Shown piece after piece: positions 23,736 through 37,658 of a DNA stretch of 64,000 nt. The stretch covers positions 310,001 to 374,000 of the forward strand of contig NW_026867533.1 in assembly GCF_020745735.1 (NCBI RefSeq). Direction: 5' to 3'. Within the stretch, counting starts at the first letter, position 1, and every line of letters begins with the position of its first letter. Source of the stretch: Hemiscyllium ocellatum. Taxonomy: Eukaryota. Both the position numbers and the translations under genes were made by a program. Below the pieces are notes generated by a model. It had not been told where the DNA came from, ran no database searches, and saw nothing but the letters and a program-made list of their open reading frames with translations.

Positions 23736-24566
23736 GTTTCTTTTCCCTCCAGTTGTGAGGTAAATACTGAATTAGTTGTTTCTCACTCTGACTTACATTA
23801 CATCGGTGTAGTTAAAGTGGATTATTAACAGGTCTAGGACAAGGGTCTTGTGCAGTTAATGTTCTCTGCTCAGATACACCCTGGGTCAGAGACAGAGTAA
23901 AGCTCACTCATTGCAGGATTCCGCCAAATACCTTATCTATCTTTAGTCCCTCTGTGACAAAATCTGACACTGTCCATTTTATGTCAAGGGAAGAGCACGA
24001 GTTTTGAACTTGGTGTTCTTGATTCCCCTGATTGGACATTCTTACAAAATTCATGTCAGTTTTCAACTGCCACATTGCACCAATTGGAAATGTAAATTTA
24101 ATACACTTTAAAATTAAATTTGATTGGAACATACCAATCGTAAAGAGTGCAGAACAGTTTGAATGTAACCTTTATTTCTGGGGAACTGCCAGGGATCTTG
24201 CGCCAGCGCATGAGTTGACAGAATGTATCTTCACTTTCACACCAAAGAGAATCGACAGATAAGTTGTCGTGGAGCAGAGGGGAGGGGAACGATGAATGGT
24301 CTGTCCTCTTGCTCCCTGTGCAGAGTTTTCATGGTCGATGTCCTCTGTAATGTAACCCCGTTACTAACAGGAACAGTCAGCTTCTTGCTTACTGTCCAAA
24401 GATTGAACATTTCCATGCAAAATAATACCTTTGAAACATGTTGGACACGCTTGGCTCTGTTAACAAATGATTAACATCGATTCCCATAATCCAAAACTGG
24501 TGTTTGCATCGTCCCGGTTTGAATTCCATAGTTTTGTCTCAGTTTTCTGGAGCACATGGGATCAAT

Positions 24567-27060
24567 TAGAACATAGAACATAGCAAAATACAGCGCAGTA
24601 CAGGCCCTTCGGCCCTCGATGTTGCGCCGACCAAAGTGACCTAACCTACACTAGCCCAATAACCTCCATATGCTTATCCAATGCCCGCTTAAATGACCAT
24701 AAAGAGGGAGAGTTCACCACTGCTACTGGCAGGGCATTCCATGAACTCACAACCCGCTGAGTAAAGAATCTATCCCTAACATCTGTCCTATACCTACCAC
24801 CCCTTAATTTAAAGCTGTGTCCCCTTGTAACAGCTAACTCCATTAGCGGAAAAAGGTTCTCAGTGTCAACCCTATCTAAACCCCTAATCATCTTATACAC
24901 CTCTATCAAATCTCCCCTAAACCTTCTTTTCTCCAATGAGAACAGCCCCAAGTGCCTCAGCCTGTCCTCATATGATCTTCCTACCATGCCAGGCAACATC
25001 CTGGTAAACCTCCTCAGCACTCGTTCCAATGCCTCCACATCCTTCCTATAGTATGGCGACCAAAACTGCACACAATACTCCAGATGAGGCCGCACCAGAG
25101 TCTTATACAACTGCAACATGACCTCAGGACTCTGGAACTCAATTCCTCTACCAATAAAGCCCAGTACACCATATGCCTTCTTCACAGCACTATTTACCTG
25201 GCTGGCAACTTTCAGAGATCTGTGTACATGGACACCAAGATCCCTCTGCTCATCCACACTACCAAGTAGCCTACCATTAGCCCAGTAATCCATCTTCTTG
25301 TTACTCCTACCAAAGTGAATGACTTCACACTTAGCTACATTGAACTCCATTTGCCACCTTTCTGCCCAGCTCTGCAACTTATCTATATCCCGCTGTAACC
25401 TGCCACATCCTTCTTTGCTGTCCACAACTCCACCGACTTTCGTGTCATCTGCAAACTTGCTCACCCAGCTTTCAAGCCCGTCCTCTAAATCATTTCTTAA
25501 GATGACAAACAGCAATGGTCCCAAAACAGATCCTTGTGGAACACCGCTAGTAACTGCACTCCAAGATGAACCTATTCCATCAACTACTACCCTCTGTCTC
25601 CTTCCAGCCAGCCAATTCCTAATCCAAACCTCTAATGCACCCTCAATGCCATACCTCCGTAGTTTTTGCATGAGCCTACCATGGGATACTTTATCGAACG
25701 CCTTGCTAAAATCCATATACACCACATCTACTGCTTTACCCTCGTCGACCTCCTTAGTCACCTTCTCAAAGAACTCAATAAGGTTTGTGAGGCACGACCT
25801 GCCCTTCACAAAACCATGCTGACTATCCTTGATCACATTATTCCTATCGAGATGTTCATAAATCCTATCCCTTACAATTCTCTCTAAGACTTTGCCCACA
25901 ACAGAAGTGAGACTCACTGGCCTATAGTTACTCGGGTTATCCCTACTCCCCTTCTTGAACAAGGGGACCACATTCGCTATCCTCCAGTCTTCTGGCACTA
26001 TTCCCGTAGACAATGACGACATAAAAATCAAGGCCAATGGCTCTGCTATCTCCTCCCTAGCTTCCCAGAGGATACTAGGATAAATGCCATCAGGCCCAGG
26101 GGACTTATCTATTTTCATCCTTTCCAGTATTCCCCAGACCTCTTCCCTACATACCTCAAGGCCATCCATTCTAATCACTTGTGACTCAGTATTCACATCA
26201 GCAATAGTGTCCTGTTCCTGAGTGAATACTGACGAAAAGTATTGATTTTGAGTCTCTCCAATCTCCTCCGCCTCCACGCACAACTTCCCACTACTATCCT
26301 TGACTGGACCGATACCTACCCTAGTCATCCTTTTATTCATGACTATAGAAAGCCTTTGGGTTTTCCCTAATCCTACCAACTAAAGACTTTTCATGTCCCC
26401 TTCTCGCTGCTCTTAGCTCTCTCTTTAGATCCTTCCTGGCTACCTTATAACTCTCAATCGCCCCAACTGAACCTTCACGCCTCATCTTTACATAGGCCGC
26501 CCTCTTCCCTTTCACAAGGGATTCCAATTCCTTATTAAACCACGGCTCCCTCACAAGAACCTTTACTCCCTGCCTGACTGGTACATACTTATCAAGGACA
26601 CCCAATAGCTGTTCCTTGAACAATCTCCACATATCATTTGTGTTCTTCTCTTGAAGCCTATTTTTCCAATCCACGCATCCTAAGTCATGCCTCACCGCAT
26701 CATAATTTCCCTGCCCCCAGCTATAACTCTTGCCCTGCAGTGCACACTTATCCCTCTCCATCACGAAAGTAAAAGTCACCGAGTTGTGGTCACTGTCCCC
26801 GAAGTGCTCACCTACGTCCAAGTCTAACACCTGGCCGGGTTCATTACCTAGAACCAAATCCAGTATGGCCTCACCTCTTGTTGGCCTGTCTACATATTGT
26901 GTCAGGAAACCCTCCTGCACACATTGGACAAACACCGACCCATCTAACGAACTCGAGCTATAGCTTTCCCAGTCAATATCTGGGATGTTAACGTCCCCCA
27001 TAACAACCACCGTGCTACTTTCACTCTTCTCCTGAATCATCCTTGCAATACTTTCCTCTA
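24567..27060 (-). mobile_element. 2.5-kb 5'-truncated CR1 LINE (partial endonuclease, linker, open RT) in the Cmu4-TM1 intron
   Basis: ORFs 24646..26379 (577 aa: NYRPVSLTS, GVPQGSVLGP, KFADD) and 26333..27085 separated by a small frameshifting deletion near 26345; tagaacatagaac tail. Confidence 0.96.
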
Positions 27061-27299
27061 CTGTTATTCGAATACCTGATATCATTTTGTTTCACATACA
27101 GAACACAAGTAGACATTTTCTAATAAACATATTCAGAAATGTTATCTCTGGGGCAGTGGGGATTTGAACTCACGCCTTTTCTCTCAGAGACAGAAATTCT
27201 ATCACTGCAACAGAAGAGTTGCTCATAAAACGCTTATCTCTCCACGATGATGGGAAATGTTTCCTACAACACCAAGGTCAAATCTAATTATGGGCAATC

Positions 27300-28420
27300 C
27301 ATTAAAATTAGAACAATAAATTAGAATAATAAAAATTGCAGTCTGGTATGAGAACAGATACAGAGAGATGATCGCAAATACACACGTAATGACACATATA
27401 TGGGCTCTCACCTAAAGACACATATTTATGTGCACACTCAAATGTGCATATAGATAAGAGGTCACACACGCATACTCGCACAGAGCCACACATGCAAGTG
27501 GTACTTGAACACTCACCTAAGCTCATACAAAAACTCACATACACCGAAAGAAAATTATTTGCACAAATGAACAGGGGTACTCACACATAACCATGAGAAA
27601 TATAGACACACGGTAACACACAAATGGGCATGAATACATATACATTCATACAGCACAATGCGTACAGACATACACGCATGAACACACAGATACAAATTCC
27701 GAAAAATGTCCTCCCACATGTCAACTCATACAGGCACGTAAGTGCACAGAGATAAATATTAATATCATTATTTTCCCATTTTCAGAATCACAAACATACG
27801 ATGACAGAGGCAGCTTAATTAGTTATTGTTAAACCACAATGATCAGCATGTATACAATGTCACACGTACACACAAATTCAGAGTCTCACATGCAGACACA
27901 CAAGTGCATAGATCAACAAATAGAGGGGCGTTTATTAAATAAGGATAATGGGCACGAGCATCAGCAAGCATCCACACACAGTAACACAAACAAGCTTCTC
28001 AGGAGATGGTTTGGGAAAGATTGCCACACAAGCAAACATCATCATATAAATATAAACATCCATCAAAACATAACATTGCATGCTAACATTTATTAAGCAT
28101 AAACATTAAGGACCTGAAACAGACACATAAGCACACATTTTAGATAGCACTCATGAAAAGTGAACACTCACAAAGACATTACAAGATAAGCATAGGCAGC
28201 AACAAAATGGCATATTAGCATGATGATGCTTACACAATGTGAAAAGACCAAAATTTCGGTGCCCAAACACATGAGCACACCAGCAGTAAAGGAACAGGAA
28301 TATGTTTATTCATGCACAGACTCCAACATGGGCAAGAGTGAAGTAAGAGACTCTCATAACCACATACACAAACATTAAAGGGAAACCAAACACACCAAGC
28401 AGTAGGTCAAATAAATTAAG
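27300..28420. repeat. Degenerate CA/AC-rich low-complexity tract
   Basis: Dense imperfect acac/acat runs. Confidence 0.6.
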
Positions 28421-28939
28421 GGACACATGTACAAAAACTTATTCCTAAATATACAGATCCTACGAACAAAAATATGAAGCAATGTCCTGACTGTGATGTC
28501 ACTTATATTCACGATTTGCCAAGCAATTGGTCACCAATACATAAAGGTGAGAATCACATTTGAACTTTTATTCAGTGATGGCCACAATTTTCAACTAAAG
28601 TGCTGTCACAGCCTATATTTAAAATATAATGATATAATTAAAATAATCATTCGTAATAAGCATTCCTCAAATAATAATATCCTTAAATAATAGATTAAAA
28701 GAAAAATAATTTAGAACGTTCTGACATGGACAATGACGAAAGAACATGTGCAGTTAGTATTTGTAATTTCTTGCTGAGAGTCAATAATGCACTGATGGAT
28801 ACAGATAAGAGTCACACTTGAGAAATACCTGACTGCTTTATGAAGATGTAATGGTCTCTAATTACATGACTTGGATGCACATAGATCGATCTGGATCAAT
28901 AAACGATCTAAATGCGTTCTCTCGGCTTTATGTTCATAG

Positions 28940-29067
28940 ATTCAATAAATCGCACTTGGATTGAAGACTATGACAATGATAACAGCAACATCTGGACAAC
29001 TGCTTCCACGTTCATCACCTTGTTCTTCCTGAGTATTTTCTACAGCGCTGCTGTCACTCTGGTGAAG
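28940..29067 (+). CDS. IGHM: IgM TM1 exon (DSINRTWIEDYDNDNSNIWTTASTFITLFFLSIFYSAAVTLVK)
   Basis: Acceptor ttcatag 28939, phase 1; CART motif TF..LF.LS..YS..VT; donor AAG|GTGAGA 29068. Confidence 0.96.
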
Positions 29068-29206
29068 GTGAGAATAATCACATCTTTCTCACGCCAAGCA
29101 GCCCAATATGTTTTGTGAAATCTCTAAGTGTGCCCATGAATAAACATTAAATCTGAACGTCCCTGATCATAAATATCTGTGTCATTGCTTTATCTCTCTT
29201 TTCCAG

Positions 29207-29215
29207 GTTAAGTGA
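29207..29215 (+). CDS. IGHM: IgM TM2 exon (VK*)
   Basis: Pyrimidine tract then ttccag|GTT AAG TGA, giving the KVK tail. Confidence 0.92.
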   Translation, partial: VK

Positions 29216-29644
29216 ATGAATTGTGGACTCCTTTGATTTTCCTGATCTGCTTATCAAGGTCTCTGAATTCCCAATCTACAATCTGTCCTGTTGCTGACTC
29301 TAACAGTGAGATCACTTCAGTTTATCAGTGTGTAACTGAGACAATTATTGATGGATTTTTGTTTTTACTTTGATATCTTTGAGATGGTTGTGGTTGGAAG
29401 AATTTGTAGCTTCCCTGTTGTTTGAAGCCCATTTGTTTTGTTTTTATTTGTTCCTTACTCAGAATGGTTGCCTACCCTTTCTGATGAGCCTTTGTATTCC
29501 CTTTCTTGTGACTGTTACTGATGTACAGAAAATTCCCACCTCACAGCGCATGTGTTCTCGTCTCAATGTGGCAACCAGCCATTATATTCACTTCTGTTAG
29601 CTTTTACATCAACTTTTTGGATGAAAATGCTTTCTGAAATGGTT

Positions 29645-29650
29645 AATAAA
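29645..29650 (+). terminator. Probable membrane-form poly(A) signal
   Basis: AATAAA ~430 nt after the TM2 stop, followed by T-rich sequence. Confidence 0.6.
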
Positions 29651-31639
29651 TCTCGAATGAATATGTACTAACCTTGAGTTTGCTTCATTCTTTCTTCAAG
29701 GCCAGTCAGTAATCATACATTTTCCCACATCCTACTCCTTTCCCAGCCAAATACTTTCACTTGTTCTGTTTGGTTGTGTTTCATCCAGTCATTTAGTTAA
29801 ATGTTGCGCTGCCATGCCGCCCACTAATGTAAATGCATCTTTCACACGATATGCCTGATGGAACACTCCAGAGGCAGAATGATTAGAGAACATTTCCTCT
29901 TATGCACCAAGGGTCACGGCCTCGGGTCACGTAATGATACAAATTAGGAGCTTTGCTCCAACAGAAGCCTATGAAAGGCAGGCAAAGAAGTTTGAAAGTT
30001 TACTCTACACTGTCTAAACTACATGTACTCCCAATGTCCGCACAGCCTGGGTTAGTAATGCATAACTCACCACCTAAAACGCCCAACGAAACATTCATCA
30101 GCCAAAAATGTCAACGTTCAGTCAGGTAGTCAGACAGCAACATGTGCACAATCCAAGGGCGGATTCTCAGAACTGGAGATTTTCTCACACATAAATCTCA
30201 TGGAGCAGAATTCCTGGGATCTATTTGACACACCACACCTGTCAAATCCCAGGGAACGAGACTGGGATCTATCTGATACAGGGATATTACTGAACAGCAA
30301 CCCTCAAAAATAATAAATCAGAGGTCAATGTTGATCAGGCAAGGCAGAGCTCATGAGTCCCTGAAATATTCAGCCATTGGGATCTATATGACGCAAGACG
30401 GTATTGAGAACCAATCATAGCAACTGTTCACAGAGTCTGGAAACTATCAGCAGAGGAGAACATTCTCAATTTCTCAGAGTTGTTGAGGTGTATCATCCCG
30501 GGAACAGTGTTGTGAATCAGTCACGCACCTGATAACTTCGCATTTTGTCAAAAATGTGGCACCTGAAACTAGCTGCAATATTCCAGGTGAGACAAGAGAC
30601 TGTTTGATTTCAGTTTAACATAATTGCTTTGTGTTTGTTCTCTGCGGTGTTATTGATGAAGTAGGGTTTATTTGCTCTTCTGTCCACGTGTCATGGTCCA
30701 TTCCCTGATTTGTGCACACACACACGGAGGATCCTCTGCTCCTTCACCCCCTTTGGGTTTACCCCTTACTATTGTATGTTCCCCTGAGTTCATCACAAAA
30801 CAAAGGAGCACGCCACCCCTCCCTGAGACGGAGATCTATCTGACACACCGATATTAATGAATAACAATCCTCAAAAATGATCAATCACAGGTTGATTTCG
30901 ATCAGAGAAGGCAGAGATCAGAAGTTCTGGAAACCCTGCTGCTTTCCATGTCCTTTCCCACAACCCCTCTGTCAAACTTGATGCTCTATGCTGTTCTTCC
31001 AATATCCTAACATTTTACCTTAAATTGCTGTTAATATTTTTCTGTAATTTTGCATTAGAGACCAAAACACAAGTTGGAACAACAAGGACTCCAAACACTG
31101 AACTCTGAGAACATACACAATAAGGCAACCTACATTCTGAAACAGCAAACACCCGTCAACAAATGGTTGACAAGGACAAAACAGTGGGTGAGATTAACTT
31201 GAACTCATCAAAATAAAAGGAAAGTACTCTGGAGGTACAGCGGTGTAGGCAAGACCTGGGCAGACAGAGTGGAGTTCGTTTTTTAAAATTCTTGTTTATA
31301 TCCAGAATTTTCCTTCCATACAATGTAACCTTTTATTTCCCATCACCCAAGTCCCCCAGAGTATCTTTATTTTCAGCTACTAACCATCACCAGTAAATTG
31401 AATAATTTATGTTCAAATCCCCTCCCACCATCAAAGGTACGGCAGAAGTAGGAAGAGCTAGAAGGAGATTGGAGTCAACTTTTCTTGTGGTGAGACATTA
31501 CTGCTGTTCTACCACAAGGTATTTCTGAGGGATGGTCCAGTGAAGCTATGTAGATGGAACTCAGAAATAAGAAGGGCATGATTACTTTGATGCAATTGTA
31601 ATAGTCCCCCCAGTAGTCAGAGTGAAATTGAGTAACAAA

Positions 31640-32350
31640 TATGTGGAGAGATCTTATTTATACGTAAGAATAATAGGATTGTAATAATCACAAATTTTAA
31701 CCTTCCAAACATAAAGTGGGACAGCCATGATCTTAAGAGCTTGGATGGTGAGGAATTTGGTAAGTGCTAAAGTTAATTTTCTTCATTAATATACAGATGT
31801 AACTCTCACAGAAGGAGCAAACCTGACCTACTCTTGTGATATAAGGTAGGGCAAGTGACTGAATGGTTAGTAGGGGAGCTTTATGGGGCCAGGGTCATAA
31901 TTCGATTAGTTTAAAATATCTATGGAAAGGATTGGCATTATATATAAGTTAAAGTTCTTAATTGAACTAGGGCAAATTTTGATATTATGAGACAAAATTT
32001 TTCAAGAGTTGATTGGAGTAGACTGTTTGCAGCTCAAGGGACGGCCGGCAATAGTGAAGCTTTCAGAAGTGAGATAACGAGAGTTCGGAGGCGTGATGTT
32101 CCTGTTAGTGTGAAGGTAAGGCTGGTAAGAGGAGGGAACACTGGAGGAATAAAGATATTGAGGCTCTAGTTCAGAGTAAGAATGAATCATATATTAGATA
32201 TAGATAAATGAGATCAAGTGAATCTCGAAGAGTACAAGAGGTGCAGGGACATTCTAAAGAGGGAAATGAGGAGGGCAAGAAAGGAAAATGAGATAGCCTT
32301 GGGAGATAATGTTAAAGATAATCCAAAGAGATTCGACTAGTACACTAAGA
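31640..32350 (+). mobile_element. Degenerate CR1 endonuclease/linker fragment
   Basis: Decayed similarity to the 26333..27085 region (MRQNFSRVDWSRLF). Confidence 0.65.
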
Positions 32351-32363
32351 GCAAAGGGGTAGA

Positions 32364-32790
32364 TCATAGAGTCATAGAGATGTACAACTTGGAAACAGAT
32401 CTTTCAGTCTCACTTGCCCATGATGACCAGATATCCTAAACTAATCTAGTCCCATTTGGCAGTACTTGGTCCATATCCCTCTAAACCCTTCCTATTCTTA
32501 TACACACTCAGATGCCTTTTAAATGTTGAAATTGCACCAGCCTCCACCGCTTCCTCTGGCAGTTCATTCCATACACACCATCCTCTGCATGAAAAAGTTA
32601 CTCCTGAGGTACTTTCAACTTTTTCCCCTCTCACTCTAAACCTATACTCACCTACACTCTAAACCTCAGGGAAAAGACCTTGTCTATTCCCCGTATCCAT
32701 GCCTCTGATGATTTTATAAAGTCACCCATCAGCCTCCAACGCTCCAGAGAAATCAACCCCAGCCTATTCAGCCTCTCCCTATATAACTCT
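32364..32790 (-). mobile_element. CR1 LINE 3' end, different subfamily
   Basis: catagagtcatagag tail; WNELPEEAVEAG in ORF 32446..32634. Confidence 0.75.
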
Positions 32791-35146
32791 ACATGGCTGT
32801 GAATATGTATAAGCCTAGAGGATTGGCTTCATAAATCATGTTGCATTTTATATAAATGCTGTTTTTTTTATTATCATTTAGTTGAAAATGGAGGATGGGT
32901 GCCTTTTCAATTTCATATCAGTGGCACAGAAAGACCTGGGGAAATAAACTGCAATAAAAAAATGGACAAAAAGTTATTGCACTATGGATCATCTCACCAT
33001 ATCATTCGTGTAAAAAATAATTCCCTGTTTTGACCGTGAAGTTAATAGAGTCTATTAATTAGTCCTGTGTTTGTAATAATTTTCATCTATCTGTCATTCT
33101 ACATTTAGTTGTTATAGTTAACGTGTGGATTACTGCACCTCTCTAAATATTCAAAACAAAATAAAGTAAAACTGCAAATTAAATATTGCATCTAATTACG
33201 ACAAAAAAATTAGCAATTCAATGACACCAAATTGGAAAGGAATGTTGAAATGTAGCCAATTCTGAGGACTACAAGAAGTTGCAAGAGATCATTAATTAAT
33301 TTACGGCATGTTCAAATAATTAGCAAATGAAGATCCACACAGATAAATGTAAGGTGTTACATCTTGGTAGGAATAATGTGCAGGTCACTTATTCAAAGAT
33401 GCACGTCTAAGTGAGGGAGACAAACAAAGGGATTTCAGACAATTACATCAATCACTAACAATTTCACCACAGGTTCCAAAGGCCATAAAAATGCAAACAA
33501 AGCTCTAAGTTGTATCTCTAAAGGGATAGATTTGAAAGTAGGGTCACTATAAAAATTTGGTTGACTATAATTCAGAGTATTGCCTGCAGTTCGAGTTGAC
33601 ATATTATAGAATGTATGAGAGAGAGTGAAGTGATGATTTATGAGAATGACACACAAGTTTCTGGCTGTGTATATCAAGGAAGAATTGTTGTGCTGTTCAC
33701 TTCTCTCTTGAAAAGAAGGATGACAGTTCTAAAATTAAGAAAGGTTTTGAAAAGAGAAGGTACAGAGAAAACATTTCACTGTGGGATAGAATATAACTAG
33801 AGGCTGTCAATATAAGACGGTACCTCAAGAAGTCCAAAAGGGAATTCAGAAGAAACCTCTTAACTGAAAGAATGATGAGAATGGGGAATATGTGACCAGA
33901 CGGAATAGTTGAAATCAATAGTTTAGATGTATTTCAAGGAAACTAGGCGAGCACTTGGAAGGGATGGGAATAGAGAATTACAACGGGCGATTTAGATGAG
34001 GAAAGATGTGAAACACCTTGAGTAGAACATACACACTGGCATAAACTGATTGTGCCAAATGGTCTGTTTTTCCTCTGTAATCCTATGTAGAACATCACCA
34101 TTGTATGAAACAAAAAGTGCATAAAGAACATTTAGAAGAATTATAAAGTTTCTCACAAAAAAAGTCTCAAGTATCCAGCACTGAATGTAAATGATTTTAT
34201 CACATGGCCCCACTTCACTATTTGCTTGATCGCACTGAAAACGCAGTAATCACAGTACTCTTACTAGGAGTAGGAGTAACCCATCGTCCATGCACCAATT
34301 GGGGGATCTCAATGACTTATTAATGGCCTCAGTAGGAGCTGCCAACCTGGTCCTGGGAATGTTGTGAACACTCTAGTTCTTTCACTCACTTACCCTGATT
34401 TCCAGTTCCCGTAATGATCACCACCATGGACAGGGGACTGTTCCAGTGTGCAGATGGGATACCCTGTTGTGAGCCATAAGGTACTACATTAGGAGGAACA
34501 TCCTCCAGGGGTGTCACTAGGATGCAGGGGGAGGTCTCCCACACAATGGAGGACCTTACTGCTAATAAACTGCCAGCATTGGCGGGAACACACTCTACAT
34601 TGACCACCTGAGTGGCCATCCTTTCCCGAATTTGGGATCAATAAAATACTACGGAGGTGGAAATATGAGAGCCACTGAAACTCCTTCCTTCCCTTATCAT
34701 CTTCCACCCTATTATCCACCTAATGACCTTGCAGCCTGTCCCTAGAGGGCTGATAGAACCCAGTCCCATTCCAATATTCAAGAACATGAAGAGCTGGCAA
34801 CCTGGTCAAAATTGATAAAGCTTAACACAAACAGTCTTGGCCTGACCGTCAAATTCTAAAGTGTAACTTGAGATGAGTTCAATAAAAATGGCAGAAGTAC
34901 AGAAACAACCACTTCCATCCATCAGAAACAAATGTCTATGAATGGGAACGGGTGGTCCACTGTTTGGAATGGAGCAGTGCATTTGAAAAGTGAATGAGGA
35001 GCAGCAATGTTTTGTGTTGGACGTGGGCACAGTCTGAAGCTGTTTGCTGATTTGGTTTTGCTAAAGGTTTGGCAGATACATTCCGATGAGAATCAATTAA
35101 ATCTGCCAAAGTGGATATTAATACTCACATTTATGAGATGCTTTAA

Positions 35147-35907
35147 CATAGAACATAGAACATTGTGGGCACAGTATTTGGCCCACGACAGTGTGCCGAG
35201 GTTTAATCCTAATGTAAAATATAATAACAACCCACACACCTCTCAACTCACTGCTAAACATTTGCATGTCCAGCAGTCACTTAAATGTCCCTAATGACTC
35301 TGCTTCCACCACCACTGCTGGTAAAGCATTCCATGCATTCACAACACTCTGCATAAAGAACCTACCTCTAACGTCTCCTCTATACCTTTCTCCGAATATC
35401 TTAAAACTATGACCCCCTCGTACCAGTCAATCCTGCTCTGGGGAAAATTCTCTAGCTATTGATTTTATCTATTCCTCTCATTATTTTGTATACCTCGATC
35501 AGGTCTCCTCTCTTCCTCCTTCTCTCCAGAGAGAAAAGTCTGAGCTTATTCAACCTTTCTTCATAAGGCAAGCACTCCAGTCCAGGCAGCATCCTGGTAA
35601 ACCTTCTTTGCACCCTCTCCAAAGCCTCTATCTATTTCTTATAGCAGGGCAACCAGAACTGGACACAATATTCCAGGTGTGGTCTCACCAGGGACTTGTA
35701 GAGTTGTAGCAAAGCCTCGCTGCTCTCAAACTCGATTCCCTTGTAAATGAAAGCCTAAACACCATCTGCTTTCTTAACAACCCTATCCACTTGGGTGGCA
35801 ACTTTGAGGGATCTATGTACTTGCACACCCAGATCCCTCTGTTCCTCCACACTGCCAAGAATCCTGCCTTTAACCCTATATTCAGCATTCGAGTTTGACC
35901 TTCCAAA
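35147..35907 (-). mobile_element. CR1 LINE 3' end
   Basis: catagaacatagaac tail; EQRDLGVQVHRSLKVATQVDRVVKK. Confidence 0.85.
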
Positions 35908-36574
35908 CTGGAAAAGGATGCACCGAACGCCAAACATGAATCAGAAGAGTTAGGACCAATGACCAGAAACATGAAACCGGCTTTTAAGCAAGCTTTCAAA
36001 GTTAGAATGAACACCAGAGGGCATCTAAGGAAGTTTATCAGTAAAGTACAGTTAATTAAGGGGGCTTGACCATACTCATGGACAAAAATATATATAAAGC
36101 AATCAGAGAACCAAAGAAGAGAGTGTGTATATAAGGGGTACAAGAGACAGCCTGGATCAAGGCCTTGAAGAATTTAAAGATCGACATAAGTTTAAATTCA
36201 ATACATTAGATCATAATGTGCCAGTTAAGATCTCAGTCCTTTCTCTATAAGCACAAGTTTAAGTTTACCAGTCTTGTCCAGGCCAGCATTAAATGGGATT
36301 TTTATTTGCACTGTGCACATCTCCTGATTTCTCAAGATATCTCAGTTTTGCAAATGCAATAGAATGCATTATCCACCGTTTCAGCAATTCATTAAATAGA
36401 AGTTAACTGAAATAAACAACTTTCCAAAGCTGTCTTTCAACAGCCAGACTGATACAATATTCAAAAGGATCTGCATGTACGAAGTGGGCTTGTCAGGGGG
36501 TTAAATCATTTCAAATTCGAAAACTAGATTCCATTTTAATGATATCAGCTGGATGTTGGATACTCGTGCCTTGT

Positions 36575-36887
36575 GGGAGGCACGGTGGCACAGTGGTTAG
36601 CACTGCTGCCTCACAGCGCCTGTAGACCCGGGTTCAATTCCCGACTCAGGCGACTGACTGTGTGGAGTTTGCACGTTCTCCCCGTGTCTGCGTGGGTTTC
36701 CTCCGGGTGCTCTGGTTTCCTCCCACAGTCCAAAGATGTGCGGGTCAGGTGAATTGGCCATGCTAAATTGCCCGTAGTGTTAGGTAAGGGGTAAATGTAG
36801 GGGTATGGGTGGGTTTCGCTTCGGCGGGTCGGTGTGGACTTGTTGGGCCGAAGGGCCTGTTTCCACACTGTAAGTCTAATCTAATCT
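36575..36887 (+). mobile_element. Young HE1-type SINE
   Basis: Near-identical to the 4251 and 47679 copies. Confidence 0.93.
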
Positions 36888-37335
36888 ACTCCATTAACAA
36901 AAGGTTCCCATATTGAAACGGTTGTTTGCAAATATAGAAATTGGATATTGCTATAAAATAGGACATGCTCTTTTTTTTGTCTTGCATACATCAGGATAGC
37001 TGCAAGGATTTTGATATGAAGGGAAACAACATTTTACACTGAACAAGAAAAGAGTTCTGATGCTTTGGAAAGTGCACAATGATTGACCGAGATGTCCCCA
37101 ATGGAAATGGACTGGTCAGATGGTGACAGACAGTTAAGAGCTAAACATTGTTAAGTTTGCAATTGGCAGGTTGCCTGAGTGGTCAAGGTATTGCCCTGCC
37201 AAATGAGTCCGAGAATGGCCATCACCAATTTAGTCGAATCACAACAAGCATTGGCTGTTAACTGCCAATCATCACCTGGACCATTCTCCATGCCTTTACC
37301 AATCAGCACTCATTACCCAGACAGATTAAATGCTT

Positions 37336-37658
37336 TAGATTAGATTAGACTTAGACTTAGACTTACAGTGTGGAAACAGGCCCTTCGGCCCAACAAGTCC
37401 ACACCGACCCGCCGAAGCGCAACCCACCCATACCCCTACATTTACCCCTTACCTAACACTACGGGCAATTTAGCACCAATTCACCTGACCCGCACATCTT
37501 TGGACTGTGGGAGGAAACCGGAGCACCCGGAGGAAACCCACGCAGACACGGGGAGAACGTGCAAACTCCACACAGTCAGTCGCCTGAGTCGGGAATTGAA
37601 CCCGGGTCTACAGGCGCTGTGAGGCAGCAGTGCTAACCACTGTGCCACCGTGCCGCCC
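37336..37658 (-). mobile_element. Young HE1-type SINE, inverted relative to 36575
   Basis: Reverse complement of the same SINE with a (TCTAA/GTCTAA)n tail. Confidence 0.93.

Noticed and set aside
30213-30253. Hairpin cctgggatctatttgaca..tgtcaaatcccagg, and nearby GGGTCA direct repeat at ~29912, as a 3' enhancer
   Set aside because: Short motifs expected by chance or from a local repeat; no supporting evidence
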